Notes under the pieces: model-generated | What the model was told of the DNA's origin: nothing | Databases searched by the model: none | The model's input: only the letters and a program-made list of their open reading frames with translations | Program-made: the position numbers and the translations under genes | Part shown: piece by piece, positions 22,961-32,179 of the stretch | Layout: each line of letters begins with the position of its first letter | Position numbering within the stretch: the stretch's first letter is position 1 | Source: an uncultured delta proteobacterium | GTDB taxonomy: Bacteria; Desulfobacterota; RBG-13-43-22 | Direction: 5' to 3' | DNA: 64,000 bases | Assembly (NCBI GenBank): GCA_963711835.1 | Contig: CAVQFQ010000019.1 | Coordinates: forward strand, 16,880-80,879

Positions 22961-22987
22961 ATACTATAAGGATTGAGGTGAGTTAAG

Positions 22988-23344
22988 ATGCCAAGAGTAA
23001 AAAGGGGCTTCAAGGCCCGTCAACGAAGAAATAAGATCCTGAAATTAGCCAAAGGCTATCGGGGCGCCCGAAGCCGCCTGTTTAAGACAGCCACTGAAGC
23101 GGTGGATCGGTCCCTCAAATACGCCTACCGGGACCGGCGGGTTCGAAAAAGAGAGTTCCGCGGCTTATGGATTGTGCGCATCAGCGCGGCCGCCAAACAG
23201 AACGGCCTTTCCTACAGTCGCCTGATGGGAGCTTTTAATAAAGGCCAGATCGGTTTGGACCGAAAAGTACTGTCGGAAATGGCGGTCCGAGACCCGGAAC
23301 GATTCAGCCAACTGGTCCGGCTGACCACCCAGCCTCAGGTTTGA
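22988..23344 (+). CDS. rplT: 50S ribosomal protein L20
   Basis: MPRVKRGFKARQRRNKILKLAKGYRGARS... Confidence 0.95.
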   Translation: MPRVKRGFKARQRRNKILKLAKGYRGARSRLFKTATEAVDRSLKYAYRDRRVRKREFRGLWIVRISAAAKQNGLSYSRLMGAFNKGQIGLDRKVLSEMAVRDPERFSQLVRLTTQPQV

Positions 23345-23392
23345 TTCCCCAAAAGGATCCCGGGTAAATAGAAATCCATCCCTAAAGCCGCG

Positions 23393-24400
23393 ATGTTATC
23401 TCTACTAAAATCCCTGGAAAGCCATGTTAGAGAAGAGCTGGAGAAAATCTCCTCCCTGAAAGAATTGGAGGCCTTGCAGGTCCAGGTCTTGGGGCGGAAG
23501 GGGAAGTTAACCGAATGGTTGAGGCAGTTGGGGAGCCTTGCTCCGGAAGAACGGCCGGCCGTAGGCCAGGAGGCCAATCGGATTAAGGGAATCCTGGAAG
23601 CCCTTTTTCAACAAACCAAGGCTTTGTTCGCCGTGCTCGATAAAAAGGCCCAATCCGGATTTGATTGGACCCTGCCCGGCCGAAGGCATTTCAGGGGGAA
23701 ACAACATCCTATAAGCCAGACCCTGGACGAAATTTGCCAAATCTTTTCCCGGCTTAACTTCGACCTGGTTGAAGGACCGGAGGTCGAATTGGATTATTAC
23801 AATTTTGAAGCCTTGAATATCCCACCCGACCACCCGGCCCGTGATATGCAGGACACCTTTTATATAACCGATACCATCCTGCTGCGGACCCAGACTTCTC
23901 CCATGCAGATCCGGGTGATGGAGAAGGTCGCTCCCCCGCTCCGGGTCATCGCCCCGGGAAAGGTGTATCGACGGGATTCCGACATTTCCCACTCTCCCAT
24001 GTTTCATCAGGTGGAGGGGTTCATGGTGGGCGATACGGTCAGCTTCGGAGATTTGAAAGGGGTTTTGAGTTACTTTGTCCACCAGATGTACGGGGAAAAT
24101 ACGCCACTGCGCTTCCGGCCTAGCTTCTTTCCTTTTACGGAACCCAGTGCCGAAGTGGATATCGGCTGCGTGATTTGCCGGGGCTCAGGCTGCCGGTTGT
24201 GCTCTCAAACAGGCTGGCTGGAAATCCTCGGAGCCGGAATGATTGATCCCGAAGTTTACCGGAGGGTCGGATACGATCCCGACCGGGTAACCGGTTTTGC
24301 CTTCGGCATGGGAGTAGAACGGATTGCCATGCTGCGCTACGGGATCGATGATATCCGCCTTTTTTACGAAAATGATCAGCGGTTCTTAAAGCAATTCTAA
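23393..24400 (+). CDS. pheS: Phenylalanine-tRNA ligase alpha subunit
   Basis: 335 aa. [23 protein letters not shown] and [14 protein letters not shown] motifs. Confidence 0.95.
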   Translation: MLSLLKSLESHVREELEKISSLKELEALQVQVLGRKGKLTEWLRQLGSLAPEERPAVGQEANRIKGILEALFQQTKALFAVLDKKAQSGFDWTLPGRRHFRGKQHPISQTLDEICQIFSRLNFDLVEGPEVELDYYNFEALNIPPDHPARDMQDTFYITDTILLRTQTSPMQIRVMEKVAPPLRVIAPGKVYRRDSDISHSPMFHQVEGFMVGDTVSFGDLKGVLSYFVHQMYGENTPLRFRPSFFPFTEPSAEVDIGCVICRGSGCRLCSQTGWLEILGAGMIDPEVYRRVGYDPDRVTGFAFGMGVERIAMLRYGIDDIRLFYENDQRFLKQF

Positions 24401-24425
24401 GTTAAAAAAGGGTCCAAAGGGCCGA

Positions 24426-24490
24426 GGATTCAAGGGTTCCAGTGAAAGGGCGGATGGAAAAGGGGCTTGAGCCCCCGAACCCTTGAATCC
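24426..24490 (+). repeat. Intergenic hairpin repeat, family G copy 1 (GGATTCAAGGGTTC ... GAACCCTTGAATCC)
   Basis: Perfect 14-bp inverted repeat with the loop starting CAGTGAAA. Related to 40627-40693. Confidence 0.6.
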
Positions 24491-24508
24491 GTGAACCCCG
24501 AGTTTATT

Positions 24509-26923
24509 ATGAAAGTTACCATAAACTGGCTTAATGACTACGTGGATCTGACCGGCCTCTCCGTGGAGAAGATCGCCGAGGCCCTGACCATGGCCGGGCT
24601 GGAAGTGGAGGCCGTCCAGTCTATCGGCAAGGAACTGGCCGCTCTAATCGTCGGAGAGATCCGGGAGGTGGAAAAGCACCCGGAAGCCGATCGCCTCTCT
24701 CTCTGTAAGGTGTCCACCGGCCGGGAAATTCTGGAGGTCGTTTGCGGGGCCCCTAATGTCCGGCCCGGGGTTTTGATCCCGCTGGCTTTACCGGGGACGG
24801 TTTTGCCGGGAGGGATGGAAGTCAAAAAGGCCGTCATCCGAAATCGTCCCTCAGCCGGGATGCTTTGTTCTGAAAAGGAATTGGGATTATCGGAGGACCA
24901 TTCCGGAATCATGATCCTCCCGGAGGGCTTGCCTCTGGGGCAACCCCTGAGTGGGGCTTTGGGGCTGGAAGATTGCCTCCTTGAAATCAACGTGACCCCC
25001 AACCGAGCCGACTGTCTATCTTTGATCGGCATCGCCCGGGAGCTCTCCGCTCTCTTTGACCGGCCTTTAAGGCTTCCCGCTCCGGCTGCCGGTCCGGAAG
25101 GGGAGGCTATCCGAGGGGAAACCTCGGTCACCCTTCTCGATCCCCAGTTTTGTCCCCGTTATGCGGCCCGTCTCGTCAAAGAGGTTACGATCGGCCCTGC
25201 CCCCTTTTGGTTGCGGCAGCGTTTGAATTCGATAGGTCTCCGAAGCATCAACAATGTAGTGGATATCACCAATTTTGTCCTGATGGAATACGGGCAACCG
25301 CTTCATGCCTTTGACTGGGAGACCCTGGAGGAAAGGCGCATTGTGGTTCGGCGGGCCGAACCCGGGGAGAGCCTGGTGACGCTGGATGGAGTGAAAAGAG
25401 ATCTTTCTACGGAGATGCTGGTCATCGCCGACGGCCGGAAAGGGGTGGCTCTGGCAGGAATCATGGGAGGACAGGAGACTGAAATTCAACCCCGGACCCG
25501 GTCCATCCTGATTGAGAGCGCTTTCTTTGAGCCGCGCACTATACGCAAAACAGCCAAAAGGCTTTCTCTATCCACCGAAGCTTCGGTTCGCTTCGAACGC
25601 GGAGTGGATATAGAGGGAGTCCTTCCGGCCCTTCATCGAGCCGCCCGGTTGATCCAGGAACTGGCCGGAGGGGAAGTGGTTGGAGGCTGGATTGATGCCT
25701 ACCCCCAGCCTCAGGGTAGTCAAACCATTTACCTGGATCCGGTCAAAACCGGTCGATTTTTAGGGATTGAAGTTTCGGCCGGGGAGGTTCTCGAAATCAG
25801 CCGCAGGTTGGGGTTAAGCGCCGTCCTTGAGGGTGAAAATCGGATCAAGGTAAATCCGCCCTCTTTTCGAAGGGATCTGACCAGACCGGTTGATCTGGTT
25901 GAGGAGATGGCCCGGCTCATCGGGTATGATAAAATTCCGGCTACTCTACCTGAAATGACCTCGGTGGCCCAAAAGGAGCCTGAGCCTTTGCTCCTGCGGA
26001 GGCGGATAAAGGAAATCATGGCCGGCCGGTGCTTCGATGAAATTATCACCTACAGCTTTATTTCGGATAAGGCCTCTTCCCTCGTCCCAACCTCCCGGCC
26101 CGAGGCTGAGCCCTCCCTGGTGAGAATCAGCAACCCCATTTCGGAAGACCAAGCGGTCATGCGCAGCAGTCTGGTACCCGGCCTGCTGATGACCATGGCC
26201 AAAAACTGGTCCCAGCGGAACTTGAACCTGCGCCTTTTTGAAATAGGGAAGGTTTTTATCCCCCTGAATTCGAATTCCCTGCCCCTGGAAGTGACCCGTT
26301 TCTGCGCCCTTTGGACCGGAAGGCGGTTTCCGGAAATCCATCATTACCAGGATGCCGGGGTTGACTTTTATGATTTGAAAGGGGTGGTTGAAGAATTATC
26401 GGAAGCCTTAAGGATTCAGGATGTTTCCTTCCGGGCTGGGGACCCTCCCCTTTATTTCAGGCCCGACCGTTATGTCCGGATCTTTTCCGATGAGGAGGCC
26501 TTGGGAGAGATGGGGGAAATATCGGTTCAGGCCCAAACCCACTTTGATCTGAAGGAGCCGGCTTTCCTCTTTGATTTGAACCTGGATCTTCTTCTGCCTA
26601 AAATAGGGGAAGGGGTTTTTTTTAGACCCTGGCCCAGGTTCCCCGAAGTGACCCGGGATATGGCTTTGATCCTCGACGATCAGGTGCTCTGGAGAGACAT
26701 TCAAGAGGAAATCCGGTCTTTAAAGGAAGTCTTGATAGAGGACATCGAACTCTTTGATCTGTACTACGGCAAACCCATTCCGGAGGGGAAAAAAAATTTA
26801 GGAGTCCGGATCCATTACCGGTCTCTTGAAAAAACCCTTTCAGATGAGCAGGTCAATGCCGTTCATGAAAAAGTATTAAAACAGGTTCTTGAAAAATTTG
26901 GGGCAACCTTGCGGGAGAAATAG
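24509..26923 (+). CDS. pheT: Phenylalanine-tRNA ligase beta subunit
   Basis: [14 protein letters not shown] start at ATG 24509; tRNA-binding, B3/4, B5 and FDX-ACB domains are recognisable. Confidence 0.95.
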   Translation: MKVTINWLNDYVDLTGLSVEKIAEALTMAGLEVEAVQSIGKELAALIVGEIREVEKHPEADRLSLCKVSTGREILEVVCGAPNVRPGVLIPLALPGTVLPGGMEVKKAVIRNRPSAGMLCSEKELGLSEDHSGIMILPEGLPLGQPLSGALGLEDCLLEINVTPNRADCLSLIGIARELSALFDRPLRLPAPAAGPEGEAIRGETSVTLLDPQFCPRYAARLVKEVTIGPAPFWLRQRLNSIGLRSINNVVDITNFVLMEYGQPLHAFDWETLEERRIVVRRAEPGESLVTLDGVKRDLSTEMLVIADGRKGVALAGIMGGQETEIQPRTRSILIESAFFEPRTIRKTAKRLSLSTEASVRFERGVDIEGVLPALHRAARLIQELAGGEVVGGWIDAYPQPQGSQTIYLDPVKTGRFLGIEVSAGEVLEISRRLGLSAVLEGENRIKVNPPSFRRDLTRPVDLVEEMARLIGYDKIPATLPEMTSVAQKEPEPLLLRRRIKEIMAGRCFDEIITYSFISDKASSLVPTSRPEAEPSLVRISNPISEDQAVMRSSLVPGLLMTMAKNWSQRNLNLRLFEIGKVFIPLNSNSLPLEVTRFCALWTGRRFPEIHHYQDAGVDFYDLKGVVEELSEALRIQDVSFRAGDPPLYFRPDRYVRIFSDEEALGEMGEISVQAQTHFDLKEPAFLFDLNLDLLLPKIGEGVFFRPWPRFPEVTRDMALILDDQVLWRDIQEEIRSLKEVLIEDIELFDLYYGKPIPEGKKNLGVRIHYRSLEKTLSDEQVNAVHEKVLKQVLEKFGATLREK

Positions 26924-26924
26924 T

Positions 26925-27299
26925 ATGAGTCCAGAGATCATTCCCAATAAGCAGTATTTTAAAATCGGGGAAGTGAGTACGCTCAGCCAACTGGAACCCT
27001 ATGTCCTGCGCTACTGGGAGACCGAATTTAAGATGATTCGCCCGGTCCGTTTTGGTTCCAACCAGCGCATGTACCGCCGCAAGGACGTCGAAACCATCCT
27101 GGAAATAAAAAAGTTATTGTACCAGGAGGGGTTTACCATAGCCGGAGCCAGAAAGAAATTGCTCCAGGGCCATAAGGAGGAGAAAGGAAAGGAAAAGGTG
27201 AAAGAAAAAGAGATTGCGGCTAAGCCCGGAGATCTGGAATTGGTCTTAAAGGAAATAAAAGAGGACCTGACCGAATTAGCCCATTTTCTAAATAAATAA
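26925..27299 (+). CDS. MerR family transcriptional regulator
   Basis: [45 protein letters not shown] is a MerR HTH. The ATG lies 1 nt after the pheT stop. Confidence 0.8.
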   Translation: MSPEIIPNKQYFKIGEVSTLSQLEPYVLRYWETEFKMIRPVRFGSNQRMYRRKDVETILEIKKLLYQEGFTIAGARKKLLQGHKEEKGKEKVKEKEIAAKPGDLELVLKEIKEDLTELAHFLNK

Positions 27300-27370
27300 T
27301 TCCCGGTTGCCTTCTCCCCCCGGCCACGTCCATCTCGAACCTTTCCTGCCCCAACCCTTTTTTTTAATCC

Positions 27371-27682
27371 TTTGGTGTCGTTCAAAAGTTGTGGCATTAT
27401 ATTTCTGATACCCGATGGAAAGGGACCGGGGGTCTTGATTTCAAGGATTGTCCGCCAAAACGCTGGCAACCCTGAACCCGGGCAGGAAGTTTGTAAGTGG
27501 GTTTAAAAACAGGCCTACACCAAAGCGATTTATCGGCTTAGGTGAATGCCCGGCTCTTAACCAACTTAGAAATTCGGGCCGGGTTGGGGCTACGGATTAC
27601 CTTTGCGGACAATCCTTGAAATCAAGACCCCCGGTCCCTAAGTCAGACGATAATACGCCAGTGCCATAACTTTTGAACGTTA
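27371..27682 (+). mobile_element. Palindromic structured element, copy B (core 27422-27638), flanked by direct repeat TTAATCC
   Basis: The 34-bp arms are perfectly complementary (GGGACCGGGGGTCTTGATTTCAAGGATTGTCCGC). Outer inverted repeat is CGTTCAAAAGTTGTGGCA / TGCCATAACTTTTGAACG. TTAATCC occurs at 27364-27370 and 27683-27689. Confidence 0.7.
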
Positions 27683-27743
27683 TTAATCCGTTAAGGAAGT
27701 GGTACTTAGCCAGACCTTTTAACGGCCTTTCCTGATTTATGAT

Positions 27744-29411
27744 ATGGAGCTTCGAGCCTTAAAAGATCTTATGGATGTCTTGCCCCACCAGGTCGGGGTT
27801 TATCTGATGAAGGATCAGCACGACCGGATTCTTTATGTCGGAAAGGCCAAAGACCTGAAAAAAAGGGTCCTTTCCTATCTGAAGGCGGAACGTCCCAAGG
27901 TCTCTTCTCTTTTGGAACGGGTGGAAAAACTGGATTTTCTTCTCACCGCGAATGAAAAAGAGGCCCTGATCCTTGAGAGTAATCTCATCAAAAAGCATCT
28001 CCCCCGCTACAATGTTGTCCTGAGAGACGACAAACAATATCCCTCCCTGCGGGTGAGTCTGGATGAGGCCTTCCCCAGGCTGCAGATGGTCCGCCGGATC
28101 AAGAAGGACAAGGCCTTTTATTTCGGTCCGTTTTCTTCAGCCCGGAAAATGAAGGAAACCACGACCTACCTTCAAAAAATATTTCCTCTCCGGTTATGCC
28201 GTCAAAAAGAAATTCCCCAACGTTCCCGGCCCTGCCTCTACTACCAGACCGGTAAATGCCCGGCTCCCTGTCATGGGAAAATCCAACCCGAGGAATACCG
28301 CCGGCGGGTCAAAGAAATCATCTGGTTTTTTGAAGGCCGGAATCAAGAACTGTTAAAAAACCTCAAGAGGCAAATGAAAGAGGCTTCGGCGGAATGGGCC
28401 TTTGAAAAGGCGGCCCTTTTGCGGGACCGTATCCGGGCTATCTCCGAAACCTTAAAGGAGCAGAAGATCGTTTCCCCCCGATTTATTGATGTGGACGTCA
28501 TCGCCCTCTTCCAGGAAGGGGAGTCGATCCGGGCCGGCATACTATTCGTCCGACTGGGTTCGGTGACGGGTTTAAGCCGTTTCCGGTTTAAAGACTTGAA
28601 CCTTTCTCCTTCCGAGGTGCTGACCGGGCTGATTCAACAATACTATCGGGGAGGGAAATATATTCCGCCGCGGATTCTGATGCCCTTTCCGATTGAAGAT
28701 CGATCCCTCCTGGAGGAGGTCCTTTCGGATCTGAAAGGGCAGAAGGTCACCTTAATGGTCCCGGTTCGGGGGGAGGGACGGCGCTGGATGGCCATGGCCG
28801 AGGAAAATATTCGCTTGGTCCAGGAGAATAAGGAACCCTCCCAGGACTATGTCGAGAAGGTAGCCAAGCCCTTGCAAAGCCGATTGGGCTTAAAACGCCT
28901 TCCCTATTCCGTTGGGGCCTTGGATATCTCCAATATTCAAGGAGAGTCGGCAGTCGGATCGTGGGTGGTCTTTAAACAGGGCCACTCGGACAAATCCGGT
29001 TACCGTCGCTTCAGGATTCGGTCTGGCGACCAACCCAATGATTATGCTATGATGGAAGAAGTGATCGCACGGTTGTTCCGGAGGGAAGCTCCTTGGCCGG
29101 ACTTGGTGCTGATAGACGGAGGCAAGGGACAACTCAATATTTTGACTACATTCATCGGCCGGTTGCCTGAGGATCAGAGACCCGATGCGCTGGCCCTGGC
29201 CAAAAAAACCTTTTTACCCGAGGGCGGCAAGGACGGCATTTACCTCCCGAATCGGAAAAATCCACTGCGCCTGTCTTCCGATTCTCCCCTGCTGCATTAT
29301 CTGGAAAAGGTCCGAGATGAGGCCCATCGATTTGCCCTGAGTTACCATCATAAACTCCGGGAAAAAAGGCTTCGGCCTGAAAAACAAAAGGCCTCGCCTC
29401 GGGTCGACTGA
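27744..29411 (+). CDS. uvrC: Excinuclease ABC subunit C, lacking the usual C-terminal helix-hairpin-helix domain
   Basis: GIY-YIG start GVYLMKDQHDRILYVGKAKDLKKRV, UVR domain and endonuclease domain. Ends at 555 aa just after RDEAHRFALSYHHKLR. Confidence 0.9.
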   Translation: MELRALKDLMDVLPHQVGVYLMKDQHDRILYVGKAKDLKKRVLSYLKAERPKVSSLLERVEKLDFLLTANEKEALILESNLIKKHLPRYNVVLRDDKQYPSLRVSLDEAFPRLQMVRRIKKDKAFYFGPFSSARKMKETTTYLQKIFPLRLCRQKEIPQRSRPCLYYQTGKCPAPCHGKIQPEEYRRRVKEIIWFFEGRNQELLKNLKRQMKEASAEWAFEKAALLRDRIRAISETLKEQKIVSPRFIDVDVIALFQEGESIRAGILFVRLGSVTGLSRFRFKDLNLSPSEVLTGLIQQYYRGGKYIPPRILMPFPIEDRSLLEEVLSDLKGQKVTLMVPVRGEGRRWMAMAEENIRLVQENKEPSQDYVEKVAKPLQSRLGLKRLPYSVGALDISNIQGESAVGSWVVFKQGHSDKSGYRRFRIRSGDQPNDYAMMEEVIARLFRREAPWPDLVLIDGGKGQLNILTTFIGRLPEDQRPDALALAKKTFLPEGGKDGIYLPNRKNPLRLSSDSPLLHYLEKVRDEAHRFALSYHHKLREKRLRPEKQKASPRVD

Positions 29412-29425
29412 TCCTATTTTGAATG

Positions 29426-29454
29426 TTGACAGCCCTCAAATTTATCACTAAGAT
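29426..29454 (+). promoter_or_regulatory. Candidate sigma70 promoter TTGACA-N17-TAAGAT upstream of tatA
   Basis: Read directly. Confidence 0.4.
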
Positions 29455-29557
29455 TAAATAATTAAGCGCGTCCGGAAAAGATGTTTTTGGATAGTTGCTG
29501 TCAGCGCCCCGCTTTCAGCCCTACCCCTGGTCGCGGGCAGTTATTTGGAGGCTTTTC

Positions 29558-29887
29558 ATGTTTGGTATCGGTATGCCGGAATTCTTGTTGATTCTGGTGG
29601 TAGCCCTGGTGGTCCTGGGGCCAAAAAAATTGCCTGAACTGGCTCGTTCCATAGGCCGGGGACTGGCTGAATTCAAAAAGTCAGCCGAAGGTCTAAAGCA
29701 AAATTTCAATCTTGATGAAGACTTAAAGGATGTCCAAAAGGATCTAAAAGATGTGGTGGATCCCCAATCCTACCTGGGGCTTTCCGACCCCACGCCTGCC
29801 CCATCCGAAGCAAGCGAGCCGGAGACCGACACGGCTTCCCCCTCCGACAAACCCGATCTCTCTTCTCTGAAAACCTCTGATGTCTGA
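29558..29887 (+). CDS. tatA: Twin-arginine translocase TatA/TatB family protein
   Basis: MFGIGMPEFLLILVVALVVLGPKKLPELARSIGRGLAEFKK, with GGAG 8 nt upstream of ATG 29558. Confidence 0.85.
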   Translation: MFGIGMPEFLLILVVALVVLGPKKLPELARSIGRGLAEFKKSAEGLKQNFNLDEDLKDVQKDLKDVVDPQSYLGLSDPTPAPSEASEPETDTASPSDKPDLSSLKTSDV

Positions 29888-30629
29888 AGTAAAGATGCCC
29901 TTTACCGCTCACCTGGCGGAACTCAGGAAGCGGTTGATCATTTCTTTTACGGCTGTGGGCATAGGCTTTGCCCTGGCCTACGGTTTTTCCGCGCAACTTT
30001 TTGAGTGGCTGGTAAGCCCCCTGATCGGGGTCCTGCCTCCCGGGGACAAACTGGTTTTTACGGCCCTGCCGGAAGCCTTTTTCATTTACCTCAAAGTAAG
30101 CCTGATCGCCGGCATTGTCTTGGCTTCTCCTGTTATTTTCCATCAACTCTGGATGTTCATCGCCCCGGGTTTATATCATAAGGAGAAGCGTTTTGTCCTG
30201 CCTTTTGTCATTATCTCCTCTCTCCTTTTTATCGGAGGGGCCTTGTTCGGTTATTACGTGGTTTTTCCGGTGGGCTTCCGCTTCCTGGTCGGGTTTTCAA
30301 CGGAAAATATCCGGGCCTTGCCTTCTTTACAGATGTATCTGTCCTTTTGCCTGAAATTACTGTTGGGTTTCGGGTTGGTTTTTGAATTCCCGGTCTTGGC
30401 TTACTTTTTGGGACGGATCGGCATTCTCAATTCCACAATGATGGCCAAAAACCGCCGGATCGCCATCCTGCTTATTTTTATCATAGCGGCGGTCGTCACT
30501 CCGCCCGATGTGGTTTCCCAGATTCTTCTGGCCATTCCCCTTTATTTATTGTACGAAGTGAGCATCCTGATCGTTAAATTTACCGGCAAGAAAAAAAAGG
30601 AAGAAGAAACGGAGGATGAAAAAACCTAA
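29880..30629 (+). CDS. tatC: Twin-arginine translocase subunit TatC
   Basis: 249 aa, six predicted TM helices, HLAELRKRLI and TPPDVVSQ motifs. Confidence 0.95.
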   Translation: MSEVKMPFTAHLAELRKRLIISFTAVGIGFALAYGFSAQLFEWLVSPLIGVLPPGDKLVFTALPEAFFIYLKVSLIAGIVLASPVIFHQLWMFIAPGLYHKEKRFVLPFVIISSLLFIGGALFGYYVVFPVGFRFLVGFSTENIRALPSLQMYLSFCLKLLLGFGLVFEFPVLAYFLGRIGILNSTMMAKNRRIAILLIFIIAAVVTPPDVVSQILLAIPLYLLYEVSILIVKFTGKKKKEEETEDEKT

Positions 30630-30683
30630 TTCCGGCTTCACCCTTTTTTAAGGCAAGGCGGCAACCTGATCCTGAAGACCTTT

Positions 30684-30940
30684 ACCTCGATGTTGCAAAA
30701 GTTTCGGAAGTTGCAGATCCGAGGCGTCCAGGGCGAAGCTGTATATGCATACCGCGAGCCCTGGACAACAAAGGAGATGCGGCTTCCCAGACTTTCCCGA
30801 AGGGTAAAAATTGATCGATACTTTTTAGGCTGCTAAACCTCACCTGGGGTGAATTTTAGTCTCAACTCTAAAATCGTTAGAACGCACTGTTTAATTGATG
30901 AAAAACCCTTTATCGATCAATTTTTATGCAACTTCGAGGT
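30684..30940 (+). repeat. Structured palindromic element F, distantly related to copies A-E
   Basis: Closing stem is ACCTCGATGTTGCAAAAG with TTTTATGCAACTTCGAGGT. Inner stems are AAAATTGATCGATA/TATCGATCAATTTT and GTCCAGGG/CCCTGGAC. It also contains CACC-TGG-GGTGAAT and the CAAAAGTT word shared with the outer repeats of B, C and D. Confidence 0.55.
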
Positions 30941-30959
30941 TTATTAAGGAGAGACAGCC

Positions 30960-31415
30960 ATGGCTAAATCCAATTTACGTGCGGTCCTGTTTTCCTTGGT
31001 GCTCGCAGTGGTCATTTTTAACCCGGTACCGGTATCGGGGGCGGACTGGAAGTTTTGTACGGAAAATGCTTTTTTAAAGGTCTATTATGACGGCGAAAGC
31101 CTCGCTCGTTTTCCCGAGGATTTCGTAAAAATATGGGTCAAATACGGAGCCAAAGGGAAGAAGGGGATTGATTTCTGGATCCACCTTCGGAAGCTGGATA
31201 AGCTTCCCACCGAGGGGTATAAACATTTTGCCTACCATGTGGCCTTGTATGAAATCAGTTGCCAGGGAAAGGAGTATCAGCGCATCTCCGGTATTGATTA
31301 CGACCGGGAGAAGCGCATGTTGAATTCCTTCCCTCCCTCGCCCTGGGAACCGATTTTCCCCGAATCCATGCTGGAGGCCTTGTATAAAAGCGCCTGCCTT
31401 AACTTAAAAAAGTAA
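30960..31415 (+). CDS. Hypothetical secreted protein
   Basis: 151 aa with signal peptide MAKSNLRAVLFSLVLAVVIFNPVPVSGA and AAGGAGAG upstream. No family recognised. Confidence 0.5.
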   Translation: MAKSNLRAVLFSLVLAVVIFNPVPVSGADWKFCTENAFLKVYYDGESLARFPEDFVKIWVKYGAKGKKGIDFWIHLRKLDKLPTEGYKHFAYHVALYEISCQGKEYQRISGIDYDREKRMLNSFPPSPWEPIFPESMLEALYKSACLNLKK

Positions 31416-32073
31416 AGGCCTGCCCATCGAAATGCCCGAAAATGGCCGGGGGTTTTATGGCCCTTACGGTCCCTGAGGGGATGCCGGGCAGGTAAAGGTT
31501 TTTTTGAATTTCCTCTCCCCAGGCCCGGTAGCCGGCGCTATTTAAGTGCAGCCCGTCAGAAGTGAAAGAAGCGTTTAATTGATTATGGGATGACAGACGC
31601 TTGTTTAAATCAAGAAAAGGAAGTTTCTGCTCTCGGGCATAACGACGCAGTTTATGGTTCAAATTTGCGACGGTTTCGTTCCTCTGATCATCACCGGCCA
31701 GGAAAAGAGTGGATTGGATGACCGGTTTGATCCGGTGGGCGAGGAGCCCCTGGATGATACGCCGGTAGTTTGAAAAGACCGCCGCCGCCTCCCGACCTTT
31801 CAACATATCGTTAATCCCGATCATGACCAAAGCCATTTGAGGCTTGAGCCGATATATTTCCTCCATCCTTTCCAGGACATCATTAGTGGTGTCACCGGCC
31901 CTTCCTTTATTGGCCACGTCCTTGCGATTGAGCAGGATCGGCCAATCCCCCCAGGCCGTTAGGGAATCCCCGATCATAACGAGAGTCGTATTTTCGGAAT
32001 CCGCTTTTCCGCAGGCCAAAAAAAGGAAGAAAAAAAGAAGCGTGAAGGCGGTTCGGTTTTTTGCTAAGCTCAT
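31399..32073 (-). CDS. SGNH/GDSL hydrolase family lipoprotein
   Basis: Lipobox LACG, LVMIGDSLT block I, and the GINDM and DGLHLN blocks. Confidence 0.8.
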   Translation of the reverse strand: MSLAKNRTAFTLLFFFLFLACGKADSENTTLVMIGDSLTAWGDWPILLNRKDVANKGRAGDTTNDVLERMEEIYRLKPQMALVMIGINDMLKGREAAAVFSNYRRIIQGLLAHRIKPVIQSTLFLAGDDQRNETVANLNHKLRRYAREQKLPFLDLNKRLSSHNQLNASFTSDGLHLNSAGYRAWGEEIQKNLYLPGIPSGTVRAIKPPAIFGHFDGQAFTFLS

Positions 32074-32179
32074 CTTCCCATAAACCTTGTCATCAGGTAA
32101 AATAATTTGGATTGAACCCCAATAGTAGCCAAAGGTTTTTTTGAAAGAAACCTTTTTCTTTGTTGAGTATTAAAGTCGG

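Noticed and set aside
27422-27638. Assigning the palindromic elements to a known RNA class (6S RNA, Y RNA, OLE, HEARO/omega RNA, retron ncRNA, group II intron domains, riboswitches)
   Set aside because: I could not match any diagnostic sequence motif from memory. There is no adjacent IscB/TnpB, reverse transcriptase or Ro gene. A 34-bp perfect duplex and five copies per 64 kb do not fit 6S RNA or riboswitches. The elements are left unassigned pending Rfam/ISfinder searches.
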